Below are positions 24,222-41,137 of a DNA stretch of 64,000 bases, piece after piece. The notes beneath the pieces were generated by a model. It was not told where the DNA came from. It worked only from the letters and a program-made list of their open reading frames with translations, and did no database searches. The stretch is from Anolis carolinensis (taxonomy: Eukaryota). The stretch's first letter is position 1; the number at the start of each line of letters is the position of its first letter. Location: NCBI RefSeq assembly GCF_035594765.1, contig NC_085846.1, positions 93,483,190 to 93,547,189 of the forward strand. The letters run 5' to 3'. The position numbers and the translations under genes are program-made.

Positions 24222-25285
24222 CAGTAGAGTCTCATGGAGCCTCCAGTGGCTCAGTGTGTTCAAGCGCTGAGCTGCTGAACTTGCAGACCGTAAGGTCCCA
24301 GGTTCAAACCTGGGGAGCGGAGTGAGCGCCCGCTGTTAGCTCCAGCTTCTGCCAACCTACCGTGTTTCCTCGAAAATAAGACAGTGTCTTATATTAATTT
24401 TTGCTCCCAAAGATGCACTAGGTCTTATTTTCAGGGGATGTCTTATTTTTCCATGAAGAAGAATTCACATTTATTGTTGAACAAAAAAAATGAACATTTA
24501 TTATATACTGTACAGTAGTTGTCATCGCAAATCAGCATAACCAGACAAACTCTGAATCCTATCCAAATTTTCTTGTTACTACCATTATTTCTATGTACAA
24601 CAATCTATGGTATGTACATTTACCAATCCTGCATGCTCTGATGTTCTGTTCGACGGGCATGCTTCCAAACAAAAACTTTGCTAGGTCTCACTTTCGTGGG
24701 AGGCCTTATATTTAGTAATTCAGCAAAACCTCTACTAGGTCTTATTTTCTGGGGATGTCTTATTTTAGGGGAAACAGGGTAGCAGTTTAAAAACATGCGA
24801 GTAGATCACTAGGTACTGTTCTGGCGGGAAGGTAACGGCGTTCCATGCAGTCATGCCGGCCACATGACCTTGGAGGTGTCTACGGACAACGCTGGCTCTT
24901 CAGCTTAGAAATGGAGATGAGCACCAACCCCCAGATTCAGATACGACTGGACTTAACGTCAGGGGAAACCTTTACCTTTTACCTAGAGTCTCACTTATCC
25001 AAGCTAAACAGGCCGGCAGAAGCTTGGATAAGCGAATATCTTGGATAATGAGGGATTAAGGAAAAGCCTATTAAACATCAAATTAGGTTATGATTTTATA
25101 AATTAAGCACCAAAACATCATGTTATACAACAAATTTGACAGAAAAAGCAGTTCAATGCGCAGTAATGTTATGTTGTAATTACTGTATTTACAAATTTAG
25201 CACCAAAATATCACGATATATTGAAAAAATTGACTACAAAAATGGCTTGGATAATCCAGAAACTTGGAAAAGTGAGACTCTACTG
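24222..25285. mobile_element. Tigger-like MITE hosting a Sauria SINE (24235-24983) that hosts a second Tc1/mariner MITE (24360-24779)
   Basis: Outer TIRs CAGTAGAGTCTCA/GTGAGACTCTACTG with TA; SINE flanked by 10-bp TSD TAGAGTCTCA; inner element TIR CCGTGTTTCCTCGAAAATAAGAC / GTCTTATTTTAGGGGAAACAGGG with TA TSD. Confidence 0.9.
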
Positions 25286-25674
25286 TAGTTTCCTAAGATC
25301 TGCAGTCAATCAATCCAACCTTATTTATATCCCGTCCCATCTCCCCATGGGGACTCATGGCCCTTCCACACAGCCCTACATCCTAGAACATCAAGGTAGA
25401 AACTCCCACAATATCTACTTTGAACTGGGTTATCTGAGTCCACAGTGTCATATCACAGTTCAAAGCAGATATTGTGGGATTTTCTGCCATGATATTCTGG
25501 GTTCTATGGCTGTGTGGAAGGGCCCACAGTTTGCCCCATCTCTTTGCGCGATTCGAAGCTAGCTCCAAAACTCACAACAAACTCCCATAAAAGCTAACCA
25601 AAGGAAGCCCTTAAAGTGCACCAGTGCTGTATAGTGTTTGTGGCCTCCAACGGGTTCCAATATTTCATATAGAA

Positions 25675-25803
25675 CAGGCGTGGGCAAACTTGGACCCTCC
25701 AGGTGTTTTGGTCTTCAACTTCCACAATCCCTAACAGCCGGCTGTTAGGAATTGTGGGAGTTGTAGACCAAAACACCTGGAGGGCCCAAGTTTCCCATGC
25801 CTG
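25675..25803. mobile_element. Short palindromic hAT (URR1-like) MITE
   Basis: CAGGCGTGGGCAAACTT...AAGTTTCCCATGCCTG; TSD ATATAGAA/CTATAGAA (7/8). Confidence 0.85.
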
Positions 25804-27580
25804 CTATAGAATAATCTACACTTTTGTTTCAAAATCGGCTTGGAGCTGCATCCAGTGGTCAATATAGATGGGGTCTAGATGGTTTTAACTGATCATAGAA
25901 GTAATAATAATAATACACTATTTACATTCCGCTTTATCTCCCCAGTGGGACTTAGAGCAGATTACAGCATACATATAAGGCAAAGATTCAATGGCTTTTA
26001 CACAACAACAATGGCATACAATACACAGACAAGGTCAAAGCCTTCCCCTTTTTATCTCCAGCATCTGGAGGCGATACTCAACTCCACCCAAGGGGAGGTG
26101 CTCTTGTTCCATTTTTCTGTGCCAATGAATCTGCTGTCCATAGACATCTCCGATCTTGTTGACGGCATGTCTGCATTGTTGCTGGCATGTTTTTTATCTT
26201 CCTGCCGAGGCGGTACCTGTTGATCTACTTGTATTGCATGCTTTCGAACTGCTAGGTTGGCAAAAACTAAGTTACAACACCAGACATTATATGACATGAA
26301 GTTAAAATTAAGCAGTTAAAAACACACATTAAATTATCTCACGGCCCTTCCACATGGCCATATAACCCAGAATATCAAGGCAGAAAATCCCACAATATCT
26401 GTTTTGAATTATCTGAGTTCACACTGCCATATATTCCAGTTCAAAGCAGATAATGTGGGATTTTATTCAGCTGTGTGGAAGGGGCCACAGTTTAAAAGCC
26501 AGCCTAGCCAAGTATCATACCCATCATATCAAGGCAGATAATCCCACAATATATGCTTTGAACTAAGTTATCTGAGACCCCTTCCACAAAAAAAAATGTT
26601 TAGAACAGTTGGATGAACAGATTATGTTACGACTCCCATTTTTGTGGGGAATACTTTGTTGAATTTACTATGGAAACAGAAAAACATTAATAGCAAACTG
26701 GATCTACTTTAGTTTGGACTAATAAATTGATTTTTACACTAGGTTTTTAAAAATCACATGGCATTTTTAAATAACTCATCAGTTATCACCTAGCAACTAT
26801 TTTGTGAATACCCTGTTAATTAAAGTTACTATTTAATTTATTTCTGACCTCATTGTTTATAATTCCCTCATCTAATCATGTATATATTATCAGTAACCCA
26901 ATATAATACAAGCATCTTATAAACTGGATTTCATTCCATAAAAGTTTATGTGATAGTAAAAGTGTTGCAAATTATTTTGCTGTAAGCTGTATTAGCACAG
27001 CAGTTATTGGAAGGGATATGGTGGGTGAATCCAAAATTACCCTACCCAGTATCTTTAAAAAAAAGAGAGGGGATTTGTTCTTACCCGCACATCTGGTAAT
27101 TTCAAAACTGAAAATGATGTAATCTCTTCAGCTCAGTGCACCCACTTCCCAGTTCGCTGTTGCAAGCTGCAAGGTAAACCCCAAAAGCTAAATATTGATC
27201 CAGCCTCAAAACCCAAGTCAGCTCTCTTCTGCGTGTACACTTCCTGACCAGCAAGGCCTTTTGTCTGTTTGTGGACACATTTTTATAGCACGTTATTCAT
27301 TTCTTGTAGGTTATTTTGAATTATTCTTGGTTTTTAAAAATACGTATGTTTGAAAAATATAGTGAAATTTATTTAGAAATTTCAGGCCAGTCCTCAAAAT
27401 ACCATATTTGGAACACAAATGCAGCTTTGTATTCTTTGTGCAAAAGAGAGAGTCGAGAAGTGTTATAGTTCTTAGCTGTAGTTTCTTAGCTGTTTTATTA
27501 CAAACCTGTTCAAACTAAATAATTTTTTTTGCTCATGGTTTTCTTCCTTAATTTTACCACTTACAAAGAAATATTGGTGA

Positions 27581-27712
<132 letters not shown>

Positions 27713-28149
27713 TGAACTGAAATAGCATGAGGAGAGGAGAGATTCTGTAATTGCATACAGTTATTGCCAGGGCTAGATATACTCATGACTACAAGTGCTG
27801 GGTGTATAATTCTTGGAATTTTCATTAAAAATTCAAACCCCAAACACTGGGTTGACTTACCAATGGGTCAGTTTAAGTATTCTACATTAACTCTTATCAA
27901 AAAAGGAACCATCCTCTTATCTTAGTAGGGCAGCAAAAGGGAAGAACCTGGGAGAGTGCCAAAGAAATACTGACCCACTTTACTTTCTCTACTGCAATGC
28001 AGTTTCTGGCCTTTTTGAATGTCTTGGTTGGAAAATGGCAGTGACCCATGGAGGCAGCACTGACCTTTTCTCTCTTTTCATGTGTGGTGATTAATTGCAG
28101 ATCACATGTTTTACATACTGAGGTTTTCAAATTCAGTTTCATGTCTATC

Positions 28150-28462
28150 TGTCCATTCCATAATAGTCCCATTGTTGTTGTCTTGCCATTTTATACCGCA
28201 CTTTATTGTCCATTCAACTTGAGATTTCCTTTTCCCATTTCGTAACACTCTGCATTTCGCCTGGGATCTACGAATTAGTCTCCTGTTTTTAACACTGTAT
28301 CCTGCTTGTTGATTTTAATGATTGTTTTTGTTGATGTTGATGTTTTTTACTGGGATAATTGTTTTATTGCTTTGTTACTGTTATTTGTTTATCGGGCCTG
28401 GCCCCATGTAAGCCGCCCCGAGTCCCTTCGGGGAGATGGGGCGGGATATAAAAATAAAGTTG

Positions 28463-28505
<43 letters not shown>
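28150..28505 (+). mobile_element. L2 3' end with (TTA)n tail
   Basis: TGTAAGCCGCCCCGAGTCCCTTCGGGGAGATGGGGCGGGATATAAAAATAAA followed by a (TTA) microsatellite; same 3' end as the L2 at 10007. Confidence 0.7.
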
Positions 28506-30527
28506 GTCCAGACAGAGCATGTAAAGACTCACATGAAACACTGGAGGGTTGCTGCTGGTCAGCGTATACAATACCAAGCTATATGTTTGGTACTATAGAC
28601 TGTTTTCATCTTTTTCTGTACTTAAAGACTGTATCATATAAGATTATTTCATGTAGCATTCGGTTTTGCTCAAAATAATTCTTCATCATCTGCTTGACCA
28701 TAGCATTTCTTGTCTGCTTTTCAAAGCCATGGTGTGACAAATGCACCATATGAGTTGCTGATAAATTATTCTTTACTGTTTTATTAGTTGTAATGTTGTT
28801 CGATGGAATTGTTTCATGCTGTCGTAGTGACACTACTAAGATTGTAATTTCAACAAGACATAGAGCTTGATTTTTTTTTAACAAAACTTGTCCAAAATAA
28901 GAATGGAAAAAGCTTGTGTGGTGTATGGGTAATGTGGTTTCCACAATTAGTACAAATTAGTACAAATGGCAGAGAGACCTTTACTTCAACTTCCTCTGAG
29001 ACCTGATCTGTTGCTCAAGTTCTGATTACTCTTCTGAATCCTCCTTGGCTAAAATTCACTGCAGGCATTGAATGCAAGCAACTCAGAGGACTAAGTTACT
29101 TGTCTTGAGTGATAGATATATTCTTAGCATTAGAAGAAATCTATGTAAAGGGTTTACGGAATAACTGGAAGGTATTTAAGTGGTGATGCACAACACACAA
29201 TGTGCCTGGAATATGTAGGGGTTAAAGTAGCTTTGGTCTTTTTGCAAGGAGGAATTTGAAAAGGATTACATCCCAACACAGTGTGAAGTATCAAGTGGTT
29301 GCATTCTCAACAATTGTGGCTACAGATGGGATCAGACTGACAGCACATCTAGACGTAACAGGATTTTTGAGAGGCGCAGTGTTGAGTCCACCAAGGGTTT
29401 TAAATGGGCTTGCAACTTGGGACTTAAATATTGGTATCCATGTGATCACAGATATATTGTTCCAACTATTACATCAGGTATATTTAAGAATATTAAATGT
29501 AAAAGGTTGTGTTTCTGGTAGCAGTCACTTCAACAAGAAGAATTGCAGAAACAGTGGCATTTTCTATAAACCATCACTCACAATAGAGCCAACCTTTCTG
29601 CCTAAATTGTTGCTTGGAGCTGTTTGGGCTAACTCTTTACACTCATACATTACAGGAAAAACTGGCATGTGCTGGATATGAGGAGAAATGTACAAATTTA
29701 CAGAGAAGATAGGCGATAGTTAAACAGAATCACTTGTTGTCTCCTATAGTCTTCAGTCTGTGGGAGGTAGAGCTTCTAATCAGATGTTAGCAAGAATAAC
29801 AGAATGTCTGATTCTGTGCTATGATTGTGGCAAGAAGTCAAGGCCTGTACATGTATGGACTCTCTCAATCAGATCTATAGTTACAACTGAGTTCTTTGAG
29901 ATTTGTACATTTCTTGAGGACATATGCAAGGATGCTGGATGAATGTTTCTAAGACACTAAGAGTAATACATTTCAGTCTGCAGAAGTGATGTTTGAACAT
30001 GGAGTTCTGTAACGCTTTTCAGGCAGCGACACACACCCAAAGAAAAATGAGACCATTAGCATTTCCATTCTTCATGGATTGCACCTCTACTGTCCATGAA
30101 GGATGAGGTGTTGCTTTTCCCAGTGAATACTCATTCTTGGGCATGTGAAAGAGCAATCCACACACCCCAAGTTGTGGCTCAACTAAGTTGCACAGGTGGG
30201 GCTATGTATTTCTTTCTTTGGGGGCACTGAAAATTTAGCATTTATTGTTTATACAATTGTGTAGCCTGCTATTTATGTGGCATAATATTAATATTGTTCC
30301 ATGCCATGACATTTTCATATTTTGTAAATCTGCTTAAAATCTATGTGCTTTACACAGATTCCTTCTGGAATATAGAACATTTAAGTCTAAAATAACTAAA
30401 TGAAGACAATGTAACTGGCTTTTAGTGAATCTCTTGAAAGGAGTAGTGTCAGTTCACTTTTTCCAATTTTCTTTCAACACTAAACAGGTATAACTTTATT
30501 TGTTGAGTTTGCAGAGAAAACTGATAA

Positions 30528-30827
<300 letters not shown>

Positions 30828-31136
30828 TAGAGCTTTCTTCCTGTATCATTGCTGATGGCACATAGCGCAATGAAGAAAACATCGTTTTGCATTCTCCAAC
30901 TGCTGTCTGAAATAGAAAGGTCTTATTTTTTTTTTTGGAGGATGAAGCTCTTAGTCTTGCCAATGGAAGGAGTGCTGGAGAAAGGTTTCTACTGCAAGAA
31001 AAAACTCTTTTGATCTTGTCAATGTTGATGAAGAGGGAGTCTGGGTCAGGAAAAACTTTTGTGAATAATATAGATTTTGACTCTATATGAAAGAGTAATT
31101 TCAGGTGTTTAACTGTGAAAAACTTATTATGTACAG

Positions 31137-31229
31137 GAAAACGGGTTCTGTTAATGAAGACATTTCCTCTTGATGGTGAGAAGGCAGGAAAGGATGCATC
31201 CTTTTTTGTTGTGCCAACAGTAGTAAAAG
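31137..31229 (+). CDS. KRIT1: KRIT1 coding exon 3
   Basis: GKRVLLMKTFPLDGEKAGKDASFFVVPTVVK; AG/GT; 93 nt. Confidence 0.95.
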
Positions 31230-31743
31230 GTAAATTTTATAGATGTATTTGTGTGAAAGATATATACATTTATTTAAAGAACAGCAGTATAATTTTCCCA
31301 AAATGTACACGAATTCTGTAATTCTCATTCTTAGTATTTAGTTTCAATGAGTACGGCTTATATAAAAGAAATATATATGGCTTTTTCAGATGAAATATTT
31401 AAAGGGCTCATTATTTAACATAAGAAAAAAAAATAGCAGCGCTGTCTGAGGTGGTAGAAGAGAGTTATGCTGGTTGCCATAGATTAAATCTCCTATTCAA
31501 TAACTGGTTAGGTTTAGGAGCCAAAGTCCATACAGAATTACACTGACAACTAATACGGGCTTTTGAAATTAAAACTGTATTTGTTCCAGTTACAAAATAC
31601 AGCAGTTTGACTATGGTGAAAATTAGAGGCTGCGATGAAGATTTGCGGAGAAATGTACTTTTGGAACATAGGAATCAAAATGAACTGTCATTTCTTACAG
31701 CCAGTATTTTATAACATGATAAAAGTGATGGTTGGATTATTAA

Positions 31744-31896
<153 letters not shown>

Positions 31897-32258
31897 TAAG
31901 AAATGCTTCAGTAGAACTATTTGCATTTTAATAAAACTAGACAAATACTAAAGACCAAAGAATTTTCGTACCATAATTTTTCAGAAAAGGATCTTGTTTT
32001 CTCTATTATTGTTAAAATAGACATCAGTGACATGGAATTTTGGTTTTAGGTTTTTGATTAATTCCTTACAAGAAATTGTATTTCTAGCAACTATATATTT
32101 TTAGTTCACTAGGTCTCAAATACCATGTTTAGATGGGAACAAATGAGATCTGATATTTTAATGTTTATTGTTTATGTATGGTTGATTTGTATTGTTTTAA
32201 AATGTTGTGAGCTGCTTTGGGTCTCATTTAGGGAGAAAACAGGGATATAAATAAAGAA

Positions 32259-32346
32259 TTATTATTGACACAACAACATAGTCTGACACAGCAAACAAGA
32301 TAGATATGCTGGATTTCATATCACAGAATCACAAGTTGAACACTTG

Positions 32347-32383
<37 letters not shown>

Positions 32384-32385
32384 TT
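32259..32385 (-). mobile_element. Short 3' end of an R4/Dong-like LINE inserted in a (TAA)n repeat
   Basis: ~85-bp unique segment flanked on both sides by TTA repeats, consistent with Dong-type TAA targeting; family assignment from recall. Confidence 0.45.
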
Positions 32386-32568
32386 ACCTATTTAAAAGAT
32401 TAACACAGAATTAAAGCCTTTGTGCTATCTTTAGCTTTGTGCCAACACCTATTAGACTGTATTGGTCATCAATACTTAAATGATGAATTAGAAAATGTAT
32501 ATCTTTATTAATTAAATTATATCACTATTAGTATAATATTACATTATCCCATTCTAATAGTTTGCTAA

Positions 32569-32901
<333 letters not shown>

Positions 32902-32946
32902 TAATATTCTTTGATATGTACTCATTTTATCATGTGGTATTTCTAG

Positions 32947-33234
<288 letters not shown>

Positions 33235-33298
33235 TGAATTTCCCCTTCAAAGTGTGTTGCCTCCCAGTATGAAATATGCCATCAGTGCATTATGTCTG

Positions 33299-34731
33299 TC
33301 TATATATATATATATACTGTATATAAAAGAGTGATGGAATCCCGGCGACCGACAAAACGACAAAACTACAGGCCCCCCAACCTCGAAATTTGACAACACA
33401 ACCCATCATCCACGCCTCTAGGTTGATACAACAGAAAGAAAAGAAAAATAAAGTCCTAATTAGAGGGAGAGGAATAATTGTTTTTATCCAATTGCTGCCA
33501 GTTAGAAGGCTAAGCTCCGCCCACTTGGCCTCCTAGCAACCCACTCAGCCCAGGGGACAGGCAGAGTTACACCTCACTTAGGCCTCTTCCACAGATTATC
33601 TAATTTGCACTGGATTATATGGCAGTGTAGACTCAAGGCCCTTCCACACAGCTATATAACCCATTTATAATCTTATATTATCTGCTTTGCACTGGATTAT
33701 CTTGACTCCACACTGCCATATAATCCACTTCAGTGTGCATTTTATACAGCTGTGAAAAAGGGGCCTCATATAATCCAGTTCTAAGAAGATAATATAAGAT
33801 TATCAATATACAGTAGAGTCTCACTTATCCAACATAAACAGGCCGGCAGAACGTTGGATAAGTGAATATGTTGGATAATAAGGGATTCAGGAAAAGCCAA
33901 TTAAACATCAAATTAGGTAATCATTATACAAATTAAGCACCAAAACATCATTTTATACAACAAATTTCACAGAAAAAGTAATTCCATGCGCAGTAATGCT
34001 ATGTAGTAATTACTGTATTTACAAATTTACCACCAAAATATCACAATGAATTTAAAACACTGACTACAAAAACATTGACTACTAAAAGGCAGACTGCGTT
34101 GGATAATCCAGACGTTGGATAAGCGAGATTCTACTTTAATATGAAATAATTACTATGATAGAATAATACAGAACAATATAATCTCTAAAACCAGGACAGT
34201 AAATAAAGAGCAACACTCTGAAAGCAGGGAAATTGGAAATTCCACAAAGGAAACAATCAGGGCCAGCTAACACAGACAAAAAATAATAAAAATATTGTAT
34301 ATTCACAACCTTTAGGAAATAATATCCCCTGATGGCGCAGCGTGTTAAAGCGCTAAGCTGCTGAACTTCTGGACCGAAAGGTCGCAGGTTTGAATTGGGG
34401 GAGCGGGGAGAGCCCCCACTGTTAGCCCAAGCTTCTGCCAACCCTAAAGTTCAAAAACATGCAAATGAGAGTAGATGAATAGGTACTGCTCCGGTGGAAA
34501 GGTAACGGTGCTCCATGTAGTCATCCCACATGACCTTGGAGGAGTCTACGGACAACGCCAGCTCTTCAGCTTACAAATGGAGATGAGCACCAACCCCCAG
34601 AGTCAGACACGACTGGACTTAATGTCAGGGGGAAACCTTTACCCTTTACCTTAACTACCACCAATTCCTCAATACTTTTTTTCCCATACCACCATATTTC
34701 ACCACAGCAACGCGTGGCCGGGCATAGCTAG
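33299..34731 (+). mobile_element. Non-autonomous composite Helitron
   Basis: 5' TC + (TA)n; 3' hairpin CCACAGCAACGCGTGG then CTAG (34728-34731) followed by T; no TIR/TSD; interior has Harbinger-like MITE pieces (~33580-33810), a Tigger-like MITE (33811-34135) and a Sauria SINE (~34326-34652). Confidence 0.8.
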
Positions 34732-34864
34732 TAAAGTATAATATAGGTTTAAGTTCAAATTTGTTCATGTGCATTAATTGAAAGCTGACTCATTTATTAT
34801 TCTGTGCATGTTACCATTCTCAGGATGTTTCAATTGGACAAGTTATATAACATTACTGATATAA

Positions 34865-35035
<171 letters not shown>

Positions 35036-35487
35036 TGAGTGCAGGACTTTGTGCAAATGAGCTGAGAAGGAATAGAGTCCTAATAAGAATGATCTATGTG
35101 TAAAAAAAAAAAAAACAACCATTCTCCAGTGTACTCAACAAGCAGAACAGAGGACACAGCTATGCAGATTACGCTGGGGGTTAGCTCAGTTTTCATTGGA
35201 TTCTGTGGGAAAAAGTGTGTCAGGAGAAAGTTGCACAGATACTCTTTCACTGTGGAGGAGGAGAGAGAAAAACTTGATTCATGTGATCTTCCTGGTATTG
35301 ATTTGCATTTTGAAACAAAGCAATATGAAAAGCAGAAATTGTACTTAGTACTTGGTGCGCAATCGATCATACAAGCTGTTTTATTTTTGTAGCAATACAA
35401 ACTGAAGATTAGGAATAAATTGAGTACTTCATTGTACTTCATTTTTAAAAAGATAAGGGGAACGTAGAAAGGCCAAAATTTTAGGCC

Positions 35488-35569
35488 GACTCCAGATAAT
35501 GGAATCATCAGGTTTAACTGCCTCAAAAATGAAATACAATCAAACCTGATGATTCCATTATCTGGAGTC
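35488..35569. repeat. Perfect 28-bp inverted repeat (26-nt spacer) in a KRIT1 intron
   Basis: GACTCCAGATAATGGAATCATCAGGTTT (35488-35515) / AAACCTGATGATTCCATTATCTGGAGTC (35542-35569). Confidence 0.9.
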
Positions 35570-35656
35570 AGCTTCAGATTTCCTTTCTCACATGTATGTG
35601 AAAGGAAATAGTTTACACCCTAAGTGAGTTAACAGTGTTGAAAGTTTCATTGGTAA

Positions 35657-36171
<515 letters not shown>

Positions 36172-36498
36172 TAGAATAAGTGAGAAAACCTTGCCAAAGT
36201 TTGAATTTTCAAGTGACCTTTGTACAAAATTATTTTGCAAAACTCAGATAATTTTTCAAATTTGAAGCTTGCATTGGAATTTCAAAAATTGCTTGCACTG
36301 CACTTTAGTGCTGTTTTTCAATGAAGTCCACATAAGATAAATATTTATCATGTTAATCTTTAATTAACTAACTAAATTAATGTATCCATGATTTTGTGCT
36401 GCCCTTTACGGTAGGTACACTGAGGGATCACTGCATATTCATTCTCCAAGTGGAGAAGGGCAGGTTACTTATTACACATTTTGATTTAATTATTTTAG

Positions 36499-36660
<162 letters not shown>

Positions 36661-37177
36661 TAATACCAATTTAAGAATGTTTTAGTTTTTCTAATACGTT
36701 ACACAAATATCAAGAGCTGCAGAAAAGATAGATGCCTCTAACAAAGTAGGCTTCTGCAACTTTGCTTTAATAACTTCCATTTGTTTCTTCAACAAGATGA
36801 ACTGTAATACTGAAGGGAACCTTCTTTTTAACATAGGGAACTGGATAAAGTACATGGGAAAACATTTATGCCCAGCTATCCCTTATTTCTCAGATAGAGA
36901 TTCTAGCCTGGTAAACTTTTAAGTACAAAAACTTATACAGTACTGCATACTTGAATCACTGCCTTAATGATTCAGGGAGAGAAGAGGCGTGAATTTAAAA
37001 CCTTTTTTGGTCATATGTACATCTAATGTCGAAGTAGAACTATTTTTATAACTATTGATTTCAAGGGAGAAGAAAGTACTTGACTTTCTAGAAAATCACT
37101 CCATAGTATGGTTTTCACACATAATTTATATGCAACTTGAAATATACTGTGTTGCCTTGTTTGCTCATTAACATTAA

Positions 37178-37366
<189 letters not shown>

Positions 37367-38043
37367 TGAAATAGCAGTAACATTGAACTTAGTATCCATG
37401 CCAGCCTTGTGATCTTGCACCCATCACCAGCTGGTGTGTGAAGAAACAAAGCTGATGAATTTATAACTGTAAAGCTTTAAAGACTCATTGTTTTGCCATA
37501 TATTCCTTTCAGTTAATTTGTACAGTTTGAATATCCTTTATTCAAAGTGTTTGGGACTAGAAGTGTTTCAAATGTTGGATTTTTTTAAATACCTGTATTT
37601 GCAATTCATATATGCCTCTCACAGTTTCACCGATCCTCATAATCTCTCCAGCCTCACATCTCATGTGCAACACAAATAGTGAACAAATAAGATAATAGCT
37701 TGAGAACAACACAAGGCTAGTAAGAGACTGGGGATCTCTTGCCAGCCATGATCTGTGAAATGGCAGGAATCCAAGCACAGTATTCAGTGGAAATCCATGA
37801 CTTCTGTCATTTCACAGATCCTCAGTCTCCCTCCAGAATTATGTCTGCTTTGTACATGAGGCACAAGGCAAGAGACTGAGGATCTGAAAAACAAACAAGG
37901 AGGAGCAATAGCATTGCAACCTCAGGTTGAAGCAGGCAAATGGTGGCAATTTTTTTGAAGTTTTCAGACTTTGGAATTTTGGACAAGGGAAGTTTGAATG
38001 GTGCTAGTGATAATAAAAAGCATTACAATTAATTTTGTTGTAG

Positions 38044-38211
<168 letters not shown>

Positions 38212-38645
38212 TAAGTCTATTTAAAATTATTTCAAAATTGGCTTGCTTTAAGGTAGAATTATTTTGAAATATCTGTCTATGACATCTTTTTGTGGGGTGG
38301 CTATTGCTGATTCTGATAGATGGAGTCAAGTGATCATCTGATCAGCAGATGACTATCTGATCAAGAAGATAGGTCAGCATATTATAAAGTGTGCATGTTG
38401 CTTCATTTATTTATTTATTTCCCACATTTGTGCCCCGCCCTTTTCACCCCAAAGGGGACTCAGGGCAGCCTTACAACAGGCAATGATTTGATGCCAACAA
38501 CATATAATTCCAAAAATATACAATTACAATTAAAATCCAAACAATTAAAAACAAAAATCAAATTTTAGAACAGTTTCTTTCTGTGGCCTCTTTTCTGATC
38601 ATTTGATTAAGTCAAGGATGTTTTATTTTACGCCTGCTGCACTAG

Positions 38646-38816
<171 letters not shown>

Positions 38817-39506
38817 TAAAATGATCATTTCTGGAATTTGTTAAGTATTAATATTACAGGGAAAAATAGACCATTGCTTATTATTGAGCCATTGTTGTTA
38901 GTGTATTACTTTTTAAAGAAAGAAATAAAAATTAACAACTCTCATATAATTCTATTATAAAAATTCATAACAAATTGATAATAAATGCTATGTATAGTTC
39001 TGGTATACCACAGTTTAGAGAGTTATTGTAAGCCTGGAATGTTCAAAAGACTTGACAAACTCCCTTTTGAGAAAAGTTAATTAGGGTTTTATTTGGGTTT
39101 GGTGGAAGGGCATGTCCTCATATCCTACTTTTACATTCCCATAGCTATGTGGCTTACCAGTGTGGAACCAGATCCTTTACTAGAGAGACCTTGGGTTTTC
39201 TTTTACTCACTTAAAATATATTAGAGAAGTCAAGGTATTATTTTATATCTTTTGACTTGCCCATGTTTCATGCTGCACAAAGTTAAACTTAATCATTATT
39301 TTTCCCTTGCTATAATCTTGTGAAAGTCTTTGACATAACTCATTCTGTACCAGTTCTGAATTAATTATATTTTGTATTAATTTCTGTGTATGTTGTGAAA
39401 TGTATTGTTCTTAAGCAGATGCATGTCTGTTTTTTATTCTGTCTAAGTAAACTGCATCCTATTGACAATGAAAACCTTATCTTCTTTGGGTGTGTCATCT
39501 TTCTAG

Positions 39507-39869
<363 letters not shown>

Positions 39870-40948
39870 TAATTATTCTTTTCAAACATCCATTGCCAAA
39901 CTCGGTGGCTATCTCTAAACCATCCAGTAAACCACATATCACCCCTGGAGACAAAGAAGGGCAAACATTTGATTCCATGGCTTGTAAAGTCTATTCTGCA
40001 GGAGTACTCTTCCTTCTCACCTAGCCTTATTTCTCCTAGCTTACTTTAACAATTTTTCCCATGCAGCCAGTTCCATTACTGTCTGTGTCCTGTTTAGCTA
40101 TGTCTGTGAAGATTCATTGATTCAGAAGTTGAGGTTAGAATTCATACAATTTTTGAAGTGAACCAATTGCTATCTTGTTCTAGATAATCTGCCAAAAGGC
40201 TCAGATCTATTAATTTGTAAGCATTTATTTATTTATTTATTTACAGTATTTATATTCTGCCCTTCTTGCCCCCGAAGGGGACTCGGGGTGGATCACAATG
40301 TACACATACAAAGCAAACATTCAATGCCATATGAACATAGAGACAGAGACAGAGGCAATTTTCTCTCATCTTCTCTCTTTCCCTGTCCATTAAAAGAAAA
40401 ATGGTTCAGTCTTCTTGGTCCACTGATAAAAAGATCAGAAGGCATGAGTAGCAGAAGCAATAAGTGGTTCTATATTCTATATAAGGATATTCACGCCTCC
40501 CAAATTCAAGCATTAAAGCAACCATGTGGATACAATACTTTAGAGCTGATAATGTTCCCTTCTACCTCAGTTAATGCTTGGTCACACTAGGAAGAGGAAA
40601 ATGGCCATATTCTGCCCACCAAAGGAGTCAGAATACCAGTTATTAAATAGTATCAGTAATATAAATTATTTAGCAAGAATGGTTTTATTAATCCCTAAGA
40701 TGCAGCAAAGCTGGGGCTCTAAAATGCACCAAAATTCTCTTTTCTTCTCTCTGGTAGTGAAGATCGCACGGCAGAATGAATCTGCTTCTTCAGCATTGAG
40801 TTCAAAAGTACAGGACAGAGATGAGCTCAGGAGACAAGTATTGCCTGGAGGAAGGAATTTCCTCCCCACCAAGTGCAGATGAGATTCTGCCTCATCCTGG
40901 TCTCCAATTGGCAGAAATGCAAATTAGGTTTGCACATTTATAGAATAG

Positions 40949-41137
<189 letters not shown>

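Noticed and set aside
27132-27343. Possible extra KRIT1 5'-UTR exons (27132-27174; 27310-27343)
   Set aside because: AG/GT pairs exist but there is no independent support without transcript data.
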